This document shows, in pieces, positions 14,421 through 24,382 of a stretch of DNA of 64,000 nucleotides. The notes under the pieces were generated by a model. That model made no database searches. It saw only the letters and a list, made by a program, of their open reading frames with translations, and had not been told where the DNA came from. This DNA comes from Candidatus Wirthbacteria bacterium (GTDB taxonomy: Bacteria > Patescibacteriota > CG2-30-54-11), in contig CAISZI010000005.1 in NCBI GenBank assembly GCA_903889905.1, positions 9,376 through 73,375 of the forward strand, read 5' to 3'. The translations under genes were made by a program, and so were the position numbers. Position 1 is the first letter of the stretch. Each line of letters starts with the position of its first letter.

Positions 14421-15836
14421 ATGACAACCACAAACAAAATCAAAATTTTTGTTATTTTTAGTCTGCTCTGGTGCGGTTTGTCGTGGCGGACTGCGCATGC
14501 TGCGGAGTTTAGGTCGTTGGCGCTTGATCATTATTCCTTGCCCCAAACCAGCGAGGGTGCGTATCAAACGTTCATTGGCGCCAACATCGATGTTAGCGTC
14601 ACCAGCGCCACCGACATGAAGGGCAAAAATGCGAGTGTTGACAGCAATCAAGCCGGGTTTCAACTGGAGAGTGGCGAGATCTATACGGCCACGCTGACCA
14701 TGCCCATTAAACCTGGCTCTTACGAAATCAATATCCAGGGTGAAGGAATCGTGTTGGCCAAAGTGATTCTGCGCGATTTGCCGGTGGTCGTTGATCCGAC
14801 CGGCCATCCGGCCTATGGTGGCCGTGTTACGCTGCAGTTCAAGGATCCCAACGGATTGTGGCAGATCTGGGATAGCCCCAGCCGTAAGCAAAACAATCCC
14901 ATTCACCTCGGGTATACTGGTCAATATGGCTTTTATGTGGACAAGGGGGATTATCGGCTTCTGATTGAAAGTTCGGGAGCAGAGGCCTATTACACTGACC
15001 CGATTGAAGTTAGCTCCCTTACCGTGCTCTCCCAAGGGGCAACACTGAGTTACGCCAAACAAACGCCGGATGTACAACAGGACTCAACCGTAGTCACCCT
15101 GGTGAATTTAATTATCGACAGAATTGCCGAACTGCAGAAAGATCTTAAAATTTCTGAGCTCACTCGCAACGCTATTTTGCCATTTTCCTGGCTTGTATTT
15201 TTGATTACCTTGCTGGGATTTTTAGTTTCAATTCTGGCGCAGTTTGGACTTTCTCTGTCGCTTTTGCCCAGCCTGCCAATGCTGCTCATGCATGGCGGCC
15301 TGAATATTTTTGGGGGCAAGAAGAATTTGATCCAGTGGGGGATTGTCTCGGAACTGCAATCTGGTTTTGCCATTCCTTTGGCAACGATCATGCTGTTTCA
15401 CGAAGACGATCATCGTCTGCTTTCCATCACCGTTTCTTCTATGGATGGCACTTATGGTTTCAAGGCCAAAGAAGGTAAATTCTCAGTGTTTGTCAGCAAA
15501 AGAAATTATCAGTTCCCGGCTGACGCTGCCGGACTTTACCGGGGGCAACCTTTTATGTATGCAAGTGAAAATCCCGTCATGACAAACCTGGTAATGCATC
15601 GCATCAAGCCGTTTGAGGAAGAGCGGGCAAGCGTACTTGCTGTTGGTAGTAAAATGGTTGGTTTGGTCAAGGAAGTTGTCTTAATTATTGGTCTGTTGAT
15701 GAGCCTCTGGGGCGCTGTCATTCTTCCCGGTGTGCCAACAGTAACCCTGGTGATTATTTATTTTTTCCTGATCATGGCGCGTATTCGTAACCACCGTCGT
15801 GTCAGTGAAGCTAAGATGATTGAGAGGGGAGCTTAA
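14421..15836 (+). CDS. Exported, multi-TM protein with carboxypeptidase-regulatory-like/Ig-like domains
   Basis: Signal peptide (..TAHA), GQYGFYVDKGDYRL and DGTYGFKAKEGKFSVFVSK beta-sandwich motifs, central and C-terminal TM helices. Confidence 0.65.
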   Translation: MTTTNKIKIFVIFSLLWCGLSWRTAHAAEFRSLALDHYSLPQTSEGAYQTFIGANIDVSVTSATDMKGKNASVDSNQAGFQLESGEIYTATLTMPIKPGSYEINIQGEGIVLAKVILRDLPVVVDPTGHPAYGGRVTLQFKDPNGLWQIWDSPSRKQNNPIHLGYTGQYGFYVDKGDYRLLIESSGAEAYYTDPIEVSSLTVLSQGATLSYAKQTPDVQQDSTVVTLVNLIIDRIAELQKDLKISELTRNAILPFSWLVFLITLLGFLVSILAQFGLSLSLLPSLPMLLMHGGLNIFGGKKNLIQWGIVSELQSGFAIPLATIMLFHEDDHRLLSITVSSMDGTYGFKAKEGKFSVFVSKRNYQFPADAAGLYRGQPFMYASENPVMTNLVMHRIKPFEEERASVLAVGSKMVGLVKEVVLIIGLLMSLWGAVILPGVPTVTLVIIYFFLIMARIRNHRRVSEAKMIERGA

Positions 15837-15838
15837 GC

Positions 15839-17839
15839 ATGAACCGCAAAATCACTTTTTTGTATCTTCTTACTTTGGTCGCTGCTGGTATTTCGGCGTT
15901 TTTGGTGCTGAGCTATTTTGTCGATTGGCGGCCACGGTATTATCTGGGCATCAGTGTGCTTCCGTCGTTGGCAGTATTGCTGATGGTGGCCATGCGGCCA
16001 AGTGAAAAAATGGTTGATTTTGAAGCCAAAGGCAGTTATGTGGTCAGAACGACCCTGTTTAGGATACTACCTTTTGTTGCGGGTATTCTGTCGGTCGGCA
16101 TTGTCGTCGCAGCTCACCTCATGGCACAGATTCAAAAAGATCTCTGGATCAACGCCTGGCCACTTTTGGTCATCGTCAGTATCGTTTTCGTTGCGACACA
16201 AGCCCTGATCGAGACGGAACTGCTGACCTCGGCCAAAGATGCCGCGTTGTCGCAGTTGACCAGTCAGATTGGTGTGGTCAAAGAGCAGGAATCGACGCTG
16301 CTGGAGCAAATTGTCAACGGCGTGATGGTTATTGATGGTGAAGGTGTTGTGACCATGATCAATCCAGCGGCAGAAAAAATCCTGGAAATTGAATCCAGCA
16401 AAGCCACCAAAGCTCTTTTTGAAACCTTGCTCAAACCCGTTGCGGCATCGCCTGACATTGCCATGAAAGAGTTTCACCAGCAGCTACTGGCAATGCGCGA
16501 GCCTTATGTTTTTGAGCAGAAAGCGATCACGAACAGTGCCGGCAAAGATAGAACCCTCAGCCTGACCGTGACGCCCATTTTGGATAACGAAAAACAGGTA
16601 GTTAAATTCATCCTGCTTTTTCAGGACATCACAGACCGTGCCATGTTGGAAAAAATGCGACTGGATTTCATCTCGATTGCCTCGCACGAACTGCGCACAC
16701 CACTGACCAGCATTAATGGCTACCTGTCGATGCTGCTCAATTTACCAACCATTCAGGGCGAGCCGAGGCAATACCTGGAACGAGTGACAACGTCAGTCCA
16801 TCGTTTGGCAAAACTGGTCAAAAATATTTTAAATATCACACGTATTGAACAAAATAAGCTCAAAATGACATTTAAATCCTGCAATTTATATCAGATTTGT
16901 AACGACGAACTGACCAACTTGGTGCCCATTGCCGAACAAAAACAAATCACCATTTTTGGTCTGGCGGTCAAAGATGCGGCCTGGTGTGTTACGGCCGATG
17001 AGGATATTTTGCGGGAAGTGCTGGTTAATTTTGTCAGCAATGCCATCAAGTATTCCAAAGCCATGACCGAAGTTCATGTGGCGGTCAAAGATCTGGGAAG
17101 CGGTTTGCGGGTGGAAGTGACCGACCAGGGTATTGGTATTTCAGAAAATGATATCAAAAACATGTTTAAACAATTTTACAGGGTCGACAGTGATTTGGTC
17201 CAAAATGAACAGGGGACAGGATTGGGTCTATATATTTCCAAAAAATATGTGGAAAATATGGGAGGCCAGATTGGTGTCGAAAGTCAACTGGGGAGTGGTA
17301 GTACTTTTTATTTTGTTTTGCCCAAAGCAGCCAGCGAACAACCCAAAGTTGCTGCTTCTCCGGTCGTAATCATGCCTGCAGCGCCACCAGTTCCGCCGGC
17401 TGCTCCCATTGTTCCGGTTCCATTTGCCCTACCCGTGCAACCGGATGTTGTCGCGCCAATCGCTGCGCCGGTGATCCCTGTCACTGCCGCACTGCCAGCG
17501 CTCCAGAATGTTCAGTCCTCTGTTGCCTTGCCAGAACCACTGCTGCTACCCGTAACGATCCTCGCACCTTTGTCACCTCCGCCATCTGCTGCCGTCATCC
17601 CTGCCAGCGTGACGACGATTACGGCGCTAGACTTTGCTGCGCAACCGGCAGTTGTTTCACCGCCCCCGATGATGTCTCCCACTGTTCCAACTCCGGTTGC
17701 GCCGACTTTGATCGCAGCGCCCGTTGTTGTCCCTGCTGCTGTAACTGTAATCATTCCGGCTGCTGCGCCATTTGTCCCAAGCAGCGTTGCATCACCACCC
17801 ACAGCTGCGCCCATGCCACCGCCTCCTGTCTTGACTTAG
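15839..17839 (+). CDS. Membrane PAS-domain sensor histidine kinase with long Pro/Ala/Val-rich tail
   Basis: N-terminal TMs, PAS (GVMVIDGEGVVTMINPAAE), H-box SHELRTPLTSI, NFVSNAIKY, DQGIGI, GTGLGL, GSGSTF. Confidence 0.93.
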   Translation: MNRKITFLYLLTLVAAGISAFLVLSYFVDWRPRYYLGISVLPSLAVLLMVAMRPSEKMVDFEAKGSYVVRTTLFRILPFVAGILSVGIVVAAHLMAQIQKDLWINAWPLLVIVSIVFVATQALIETELLTSAKDAALSQLTSQIGVVKEQESTLLEQIVNGVMVIDGEGVVTMINPAAEKILEIESSKATKALFETLLKPVAASPDIAMKEFHQQLLAMREPYVFEQKAITNSAGKDRTLSLTVTPILDNEKQVVKFILLFQDITDRAMLEKMRLDFISIASHELRTPLTSINGYLSMLLNLPTIQGEPRQYLERVTTSVHRLAKLVKNILNITRIEQNKLKMTFKSCNLYQICNDELTNLVPIAEQKQITIFGLAVKDAAWCVTADEDILREVLVNFVSNAIKYSKAMTEVHVAVKDLGSGLRVEVTDQGIGISENDIKNMFKQFYRVDSDLVQNEQGTGLGLYISKKYVENMGGQIGVESQLGSGSTFYFVLPKAASEQPKVAASPVVIMPAAPPVPPAAPIVPVPFALPVQPDVVAPIAAPVIPVTAALPALQNVQSSVALPEPLLLPVTILAPLSPPPSAAVIPASVTTITALDFAAQPAVVSPPPMMSPTVPTPVAPTLIAAPVVVPAAVTVIIPAAAPFVPSSVASPPTAAPMPPPPVLT

Positions 17840-17859
17840 CGCCAAATCCCGGTACAATC

Positions 17860-18027
17860 TGATTATAGCGAGCCGGGAAATGGTGCAAGCCTGGTAAATG
17901 TTTTGGCATTACAATCGAAGTGTGAATTGAGAGTATCCCGACCTAACAGCGGGATGAATCAGGGTGGAACCGCGGGGAAATCAACGCCTCGTCCCTTGGA
18001 CTTAAAGTCCATGGACGAGTTTTTTTA
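17860..18027 (+). promoter_or_regulatory. T-box riboswitch upstream of glycyl-tRNA synthetase
   Basis: T-box AGGGTGGAACCGCG (17961-17974), antiterminator CGTCCCT, terminator CTCGTCC..GGACGAG-T7, stem I motifs AGCGAG..GGTGCAAG. Confidence 0.88.
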
Positions 18028-18044
18028 TTATCAAAGGGGAGACG

Positions 18045-19400
18045 ATGGCCGATGACAAAATGGACAAGATTGTTTCACTCGCCAAGCGCCGCGGTTTTAT
18101 TTTTGCTGATTCTGAAATATATGGTGGCTTGAATGGTTTTTGGGATTTTGGTCCACTTGGTGTGGAACTCAAGAACAACATCAAAAAAGCCTGGTGGAAA
18201 GCCATCGTGCAATCCCGTGACGATGTGGCTGGCATCGACAGCTCGATCATTCACAATCCACGGACTTGGGAAGCGAGTGGCCATATTAGCAATTTCAGCG
18301 ATCCCATGGTCGACTGTCATGTCTGCAAACAGCGCTTTCGTGCTGATCATCTGGCCGAAGAGCAGGGGATTGAAGTCAGCGAGATTCTGATCAAAGGCAA
18401 ATGCCCAACTTGTGGTTCCAAGGATTTTACCGCACCCAAAGCCTTCAACCTGATGTTTCAGACGCACGTAGGACCGGTTGCTGATGACGCCTCGGTGGCG
18501 TATTTGCGGCCCGAAACCTGCCAGGGGATTTTTATCAATTTTGACAATGTTCGCCAAAGCGCGCGGCTAAAATTACCGTTTGGGATTGCCCAGATCGGTA
18601 AAGCGTTCCGCAACGAAGTCAACCCGCGCAATTTCATCTTCCGCTCGCGCGAGTTTGAACAAATGGAGCTGGAATGGTTTTGTGAGCCGCCCCAGTTTGC
18701 CAGCAGCAAAAAACCCGATGAATGGCACGCATACTGGAAAGAAGAACGGATGAACTGGCACCTTGCGATGGGACTGAAAAAGGAAAATGTTCGTTTCCGC
18801 GACCACGAGAAAAAGGAACTGGCGCATTACGCCGCTGCTGCCACGGATGTAGAATACAACTTTCCCTTTGGTTTCAAGGAGCTCGAAGGCATTGCCAATC
18901 GTACTGATTTTGACCTCAAGCAACACAGCGAGTTCAGCGGCAAAGACATGCGTTACTTTGATGAACAGGCCAAGGAAAAGTATTTCCCTTATGTCATCGA
19001 ACCGTCGCTTGGGGTAGATCGTATGCTGCTGGCGCTGCTTTGTGACGCCTACGCCGAAGACGAAGATGGTGGTGAGAGTCGTGTCGTGCTTCGCTTTGCA
19101 CCCCAAGTCGCACCTGTGAAAGCGGCCATTTTCCCGCTCATCAAGAAGCCGGAATTGATGGCGATCAGTGAACAAATCACTCAAAGTCTGAAGCAGGACA
19201 TGGTCGTTTTTTACGACGAAACCGGTTCCATCGGTCGCCGCTACCGTCGCATGGACGAAGCCGGTACGCCCTATTGCATCACCGTGGATTTTGACACCCT
19301 CGACGACCAGGCCGTGACTATTCGTGACCGGGATAGCCTGAAGCAGGAACGGATCAAGATTGAGGAAGTGAAAGCATATCTGTTGGAAAAGACCAGATAA
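18045..19400 (+). CDS. glyQS: Glycine--tRNA ligase (alpha2 type)
   Basis: LAKRRGF, YLRPETCQGIF, FRNEVNPRNFIFRSREFEQME, ELEGIANRTDFDL, SIGRRYRRMDE. Confidence 0.97.
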   Translation: MADDKMDKIVSLAKRRGFIFADSEIYGGLNGFWDFGPLGVELKNNIKKAWWKAIVQSRDDVAGIDSSIIHNPRTWEASGHISNFSDPMVDCHVCKQRFRADHLAEEQGIEVSEILIKGKCPTCGSKDFTAPKAFNLMFQTHVGPVADDASVAYLRPETCQGIFINFDNVRQSARLKLPFGIAQIGKAFRNEVNPRNFIFRSREFEQMELEWFCEPPQFASSKKPDEWHAYWKEERMNWHLAMGLKKENVRFRDHEKKELAHYAAAATDVEYNFPFGFKELEGIANRTDFDLKQHSEFSGKDMRYFDEQAKEKYFPYVIEPSLGVDRMLLALLCDAYAEDEDGGESRVVLRFAPQVAPVKAAIFPLIKKPELMAISEQITQSLKQDMVVFYDETGSIGRRYRRMDEAGTPYCITVDFDTLDDQAVTIRDRDSLKQERIKIEEVKAYLLEKTR

Positions 19401-19408
19401 GTACCGAA

Positions 19409-19556
19409 GTCATTCTGAGTGCAGCGACTTGTCCTCCGAAGCCAGGCGAAGGAGGAAGAATCCTTACTACGCTGTGAATTATGGCGTTGGGTCAACTTCG
19501 AATTACTTCGTCTGCAGTAAGGATGCTTCACTCCGGAAGCCGCCGTTTCGCATGAC
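19409..19556. repeat. REP/MITE-like palindromic element with a second small palindrome nested inside
   Basis: GTCATTCTGAG...AAGAATCCTTACT / AGTAAGGATGCTTC...CATGAC arms; inner CCTCCGAAGCCAGGCGAAGGAGG. Confidence 0.6.
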
Positions 19557-19684
19557 AACCATTGTGGCCCAGATTAACTGGAATATTGATCGTGGGTATC
19601 AAGACATTGCCACAATTGCGCAATGGGCGCATTTCAGCTAGCATAGGTATACCTTATTTGACTTGTTAAATTTGATCGGGAATT

Positions 19685-21064
19685 ATGCCAACTTTACCTG
19701 TTGTCGCCATTGTTGGACGCCCCAACGTTGGCAAATCGAGCCTGTTCAATCGCCTCATTGGTCACCGCCGCGCTGTGGTTGAAGATTTCCCTGGCACCAC
19801 TCGTGATCGGCTTTATGGCACATGTGAATGGAACGCGCGTGAATTCTTCCTCGTGGACACAGGCGGTATCGCCAAAGTGGACAAAAACAATCCAATCGAA
19901 ATCGGTCTGGCCAACCAGATCAAAGCCGCGATCCAGGAAGCTGATATCCTGCTGTTTGTCGCCGATGGCCAGTCGCCGATCACTTTTGAGGACGATGAAG
20001 CCCTGCGCCTGGTGCGCCGTACCAAAAAACCCGTCATCTTTACCCTCAACAAAATCGACGGGACGACCTTTGAAATCAACAAAACCAATTTCTACGAGAT
20101 GGGACTGGGTGAACCCATCACTATTTCGGCCATCCAGGGCCGAGGCACTGGTGATTTGCTCGACAAAATTGTCAATCTGTTACCCGCCAAGGTGGAACAA
20201 CCGGTCGTCGTCTCAGACAAAGAAGCAACGCCCCCCATCCGTATTGCCATTATTGGCCGTCCCAACGTGGGAAAGTCTACCTTGATCAATCAACTGCTCA
20301 AATCCGAACGTGTGATTGTCAGCAGCACACCGGGCACAACTCGTGACACCATTGACGTGGACATGGATTTTCAGGGTCGTAAATTGACCTTGATCGATAC
20401 CGCTGGTATCAGAAAACGTGGCAAAATTGACGTCGGCATTGAGCATTATTCTGTCCTGCGTGCCATGCAGGCGATTGCCCGTTGCGATGTGGTATTTGCC
20501 CTGTTTGATCCGGATGAAGGAATCACGAGTCAGGATTTGCATGTGTTGGGATATGCCCTGGACGAGTACAAAAGTATCGTCATGGTGGCCAATAAATGGG
20601 ATTTGATGAAAGACAAAGCGGAAACTATTGGCGTGGCTCGGGACCGCTTTATTGCCACTTACGAACGTGCCGTGCGCGATGAACTCAAATTCATGAGCTT
20701 TGCGCCGTTTGTAACGATTTCGGCGTTGCACGATGTGCGCGTTGGTAATTTGCTGGAAATGGCGACACACCTGTATGATCAACGCTTTATCCGACTGGGT
20801 CACAAGCAGCTCAAGACAATCCTGCAACCCGTGATCACGACCAATCCTGCCCCCAGCAAACGTGGCGTTTCACTTTACGTTTATGACTACAAGCAGATCG
20901 ATGTCAGCCCGCCCACTTTTGAATTCGAAGTCAATGATAAGGAACTGTTCCATTTCTCCTACCAGCGCAGCCTGATCAATGCGATTCGTAAGGTTTATCC
21001 CTTTACTGGTTCACCGATCAAAGTCCTTTGCCGTAATCGTCCCAAAAAAGTGAGGACATCATGA
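19685..21064 (+). CDS. der: Ribosome biogenesis GTPase Der (EngA)
   Basis: Two GRPNVGKS G1 motifs, GTTRD, DTGG/DTAG, NKID/NKWD. Confidence 0.98.
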   Translation: MPTLPVVAIVGRPNVGKSSLFNRLIGHRRAVVEDFPGTTRDRLYGTCEWNAREFFLVDTGGIAKVDKNNPIEIGLANQIKAAIQEADILLFVADGQSPITFEDDEALRLVRRTKKPVIFTLNKIDGTTFEINKTNFYEMGLGEPITISAIQGRGTGDLLDKIVNLLPAKVEQPVVVSDKEATPPIRIAIIGRPNVGKSTLINQLLKSERVIVSSTPGTTRDTIDVDMDFQGRKLTLIDTAGIRKRGKIDVGIEHYSVLRAMQAIARCDVVFALFDPDEGITSQDLHVLGYALDEYKSIVMVANKWDLMKDKAETIGVARDRFIATYERAVRDELKFMSFAPFVTISALHDVRVGNLLEMATHLYDQRFIRLGHKQLKTILQPVITTNPAPSKRGVSLYVYDYKQIDVSPPTFEFEVNDKELFHFSYQRSLINAIRKVYPFTGSPIKVLCRNRPKKVRTS

Positions 21065-22521
21065 CCGACATCCGTGTTCGTATGGCGCCCAGTCCGACCG
21101 GCCTGTTTCATATTGGCAGCGCGCGTACCACACTGTTTAATTACCTCTATGCCAAACGTTATGGGGGCAAATTTATCCTGCGCATCGAAGACACTGACCA
21201 GGCGCGATCCACCCGGGAATTCGAACAAGACATCATCGCTGGCATCCAATGGTTGGGGCTGGATTTTGACGAGGGACCAGGTAAAAGCGGTGAGTTTGGG
21301 CCTTATTACCAAATGCAACGGTTGGACCTCTACCAGCAGACAGCCCAGGAAATGCTGGACAAGAAACTGGCTTATCGTTGTTATTGCACCGCCGCTGAGC
21401 TTGAAGCCGAACGCGAACAGCAACGCCAAAACAAGCAGCCGCCCAAATACAGTGGCAAGTGCCGTCATTTAAGTGCTGCGCAGATTGCTGACTATGAGGC
21501 GGATGGTCGCAGTAGCGTGGTGCGTTTCAGTATGCCGGAGAAAGTTGTCGCGTTCGTTGACCTGATCAAGGGTGAAATCAAAGTGGACATCGGACTTTCG
21601 GGTGATTTGGTCATTCTCAAAACAGATGGCGTGGCGACCTACAATTTTGCCAATGTCGTCGACGATCACTTGATGCGAATCAGCCATGTCATCCGTGGGG
21701 AGGACCACATTTCCAATACACCCAAGCAAATCGTTATGTACGAGGCAATGGGGTGGGAAATACCGCAGTTCGCTCATATTCCGCTCATCCTCAACCAGGA
21801 TCGTTCCAAAATGAGCAAACGTAGCGGCCCAACCTCGGTCACTTCATATCGCGAGGAAGGTTTCTTGCCCGAAGCGCTGGTCAATTTTTTGTCTTTGCTG
21901 GGTTGGTCACCGGGCACGGATCGCGAAATGTTCAGCCTCGCTGACCTGGAGCAAGCTTTTGATGTGACCAAAGTCCAATCCAGTCCGGCGGTTTTTAATA
22001 TGGATAAACTGCTCTGGTTCAATGGCCAGTACTTGCGCTTGCTACCGCAAGCGGACTTGATCAGCCGCTGTCGCCCATATCTGGAGCCACAACTTGGGTA
22101 TTGGAATGAAGCGGTAGAAGGCGCAATTGTGCAGATCATGCCACTCATTTTTGAACGGTTGACCAAATTACAGGATGTCTGGTCTTTGTGCGATTTCTTT
22201 TTTGCTGACAGTGTCGCTTATGATTTGGGATTGATTCAACCGGGGAATAAAACATCGATGGAGTGCCAGCAGGCAATCGAACTATTGATTAAAGAATTGT
22301 TAAATATTCAACATTGGCAGACGCCGGAGATTGAGACAGTGATGCGCGCCGCTGTTGAAACATCGGGCTGGAAAATCGGGGAGCTATTTATGCTGACCCG
22401 TATTGCCGTCACTGGCCGCAAAAATAGCCCGCCTTTGTTTGAAACCATGGCAGTTCTCGGTCAGTCAAAAGTCATTACCCGCCTGCAGGTTGCCCTCAAC
22501 AAATTTTCTCAGCCAAGCTAA
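21061..22521 (+). CDS. gltX: Glutamate--tRNA ligase
   Basis: APSPTGLFHIG, RIEDTD, RGEDHISNT, KMSKR. Confidence 0.98.
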   Translation: MTDIRVRMAPSPTGLFHIGSARTTLFNYLYAKRYGGKFILRIEDTDQARSTREFEQDIIAGIQWLGLDFDEGPGKSGEFGPYYQMQRLDLYQQTAQEMLDKKLAYRCYCTAAELEAEREQQRQNKQPPKYSGKCRHLSAAQIADYEADGRSSVVRFSMPEKVVAFVDLIKGEIKVDIGLSGDLVILKTDGVATYNFANVVDDHLMRISHVIRGEDHISNTPKQIVMYEAMGWEIPQFAHIPLILNQDRSKMSKRSGPTSVTSYREEGFLPEALVNFLSLLGWSPGTDREMFSLADLEQAFDVTKVQSSPAVFNMDKLLWFNGQYLRLLPQADLISRCRPYLEPQLGYWNEAVEGAIVQIMPLIFERLTKLQDVWSLCDFFFADSVAYDLGLIQPGNKTSMECQQAIELLIKELLNIQHWQTPEIETVMRAAVETSGWKIGELFMLTRIAVTGRKNSPPLFETMAVLGQSKVITRLQVALNKFSQPS

Positions 22522-22537
22522 CCAAACCGAGCGCCGT

Positions 22538-23581
22538 ATGCCAGAGAATAGGCTTGCCAAAGCTTTAGAAAATCAGGTCATAGAGTGCCAGGCCTGTCGC
22601 TTTTTCTGCCACCTCAAACCAGGCCAAACCGGCAATTGTGGTGTACGACAAAACGTCGGTGGCAAACTCAAGTTGCTGGTTGATGGCAGGCCAATAGCAC
22701 TTCACATTGATCCAATCGAAAAGAAACCTCTATACCATTTCCTGCCTGGCAGCCAGATTCTGTCGATTGGCACCGTGGGGTGCAACTTTGGCTGCAGTTT
22801 TTGTCAGAATTGGGATATTTCGCAAGTCACACGTTTGGGTCCCAATATTAAGCATTTTCAGGGATTGGAACTTAACTTTGACCAGATTGGCGATGTGCTA
22901 ACAGCGCACCAAGCTGTGGATTTATGCCTCAAACATCATCTACCGTCGCTTGCTTTTACCTACAACGAACCGACGATTTTCACTGAATATGCCATCAAAA
23001 TAATGAAATTGGCCCGTAAATATGACATCAAGGGGGTTTATGTCAGTAATGGCTATATGACGGAAACGACACTGGATGCCCTGGATGGCTGCATTGATGC
23101 TTACAATATTGACCTCAAGGCTTTTAGCGACGCTTTTTATGCCAAGTTTTGCAAAGCCAGATTGCAGCCCGTGTTGGACTCGATCATGTCTATTTATCAA
23201 CGTGGCAAGTGGCTAGAGCTGACGACGCTGATCATCCCTGGCGAAAACGATGCCAGCGAGGAATTGCGGCAAGCGGCTATGTTCATCGCTGCTCTCAGTC
23301 CTGATATCCCCTGGCATTTAAGTGCGTTTCATCCTGACTTTGAAGTTCAGGATAAAGCCAGGACGCCGCTTAAAACGCTGCAAATGGCATATGATATCGC
23401 CAGGCATGCTGGTTTGCGTTATGTTTACCTGGGCAATGTCAGAGCGCCGCAGGGCAATTCAACGTACTGCCCAAACTGCCAGGCAGTGCTGATTAATCGC
23501 GACGCGGGTGATCTGTCATGTTTCATCCATGAAAATGTCTGTTCGGGTTGTCAAACCATAATTCCTGGAATTTGGAGCTAA
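22538..23581 (+). CDS. amrS: AmmeMemoRadiSam system radical SAM enzyme
   Basis: DPIEKKPLYHFLPG, CNFGCSFC, FTYNEP, TYCPNC; ATG at 22538 after gltX. Confidence 0.93.
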   Translation: MPENRLAKALENQVIECQACRFFCHLKPGQTGNCGVRQNVGGKLKLLVDGRPIALHIDPIEKKPLYHFLPGSQILSIGTVGCNFGCSFCQNWDISQVTRLGPNIKHFQGLELNFDQIGDVLTAHQAVDLCLKHHLPSLAFTYNEPTIFTEYAIKIMKLARKYDIKGVYVSNGYMTETTLDALDGCIDAYNIDLKAFSDAFYAKFCKARLQPVLDSIMSIYQRGKWLELTTLIIPGENDASEELRQAAMFIAALSPDIPWHLSAFHPDFEVQDKARTPLKTLQMAYDIARHAGLRYVYLGNVRAPQGNSTYCPNCQAVLINRDAGDLSCFIHENVCSGCQTIIPGIWS

Positions 23582-23584
23582 CCC

Positions 23585-24382
23585 ATGTCAATACGTCAGG
23601 CCGCCGTTGCTGGTAGTTTTTATCCCAAGTCGCAGCAAGCTTTGACCAAATTGCTTGCCGAACTAATGCCTGATCGACCAGCGGCGGTTTTAACACCCAA
23701 GGCCTTGCTGGTGCCGCACGCCGGTTACATCTATTCAGGCCAAACGGCTGGACTTGGTTTTACCAGCCTCCGGCATGCCACCTTTCAGCGCGTGATTTTA
23801 CTCGGGCCTTCGCACCACTTTGGTTTTGATCAGGTGGCCTTACCCAAAGCAGACCATTGGGAAACACCTTTGGGAAAAGTACCGATCGATCGGGAGGCCG
23901 TGGCGGCATTGGCGCAACAAGTTGATTTTATTGTCTCCGACCAAATCCACGCCACAGAGCATGCACTTGAAGTTGAGCTGCCATTTTTGCAACGTGTTTT
24001 GTCCTCATTTGCTTTGGTGCCGCTTTGCCTGGGCCAAAATCTTGATCATCAGTCAATAGCGGCGTCGTTGCTGAGCATACTGGATGAACACTCGATCATT
24101 ATCGTCAGTTCCGACTTGTCGCATTACTTACCTCAGGCTGAGGCCAACCACCTGGATCAGCAAACATTGACTGCTTTTAGGAATTTAGACTCTGCCTTTG
24201 TCTACGACGGTAACGCCGCCTGTGGACTTGAAGGTGTTTTGGTCCTGCTCGAGTTGGCGCGACAGTTGAACTGGAAAGCCGATCTGCTCGATTATCGCAC
24301 CAGTTTTGACATCAGCCAGGATGACCAGCAAGTCGTTGGCTATGCTGCCATGGCGTTTTATCAGCGAAGGCCCGGAAAATGA
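23585..24382 (+). CDS. amrB: AmmeMemoRadiSam system protein B (MEMO1 family)
   Basis: RQAAVAGSFYP, PHAGYIYSG, GPSHH, EHALEVELPFL, SSDLSHY. Confidence 0.95.
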   Translation: MSIRQAAVAGSFYPKSQQALTKLLAELMPDRPAAVLTPKALLVPHAGYIYSGQTAGLGFTSLRHATFQRVILLGPSHHFGFDQVALPKADHWETPLGKVPIDREAVAALAQQVDFIVSDQIHATEHALEVELPFLQRVLSSFALVPLCLGQNLDHQSIAASLLSILDEHSIIIVSSDLSHYLPQAEANHLDQQTLTAFRNLDSAFVYDGNAACGLEGVLVLLELARQLNWKADLLDYRTSFDISQDDQQVVGYAAMAFYQRRPGK

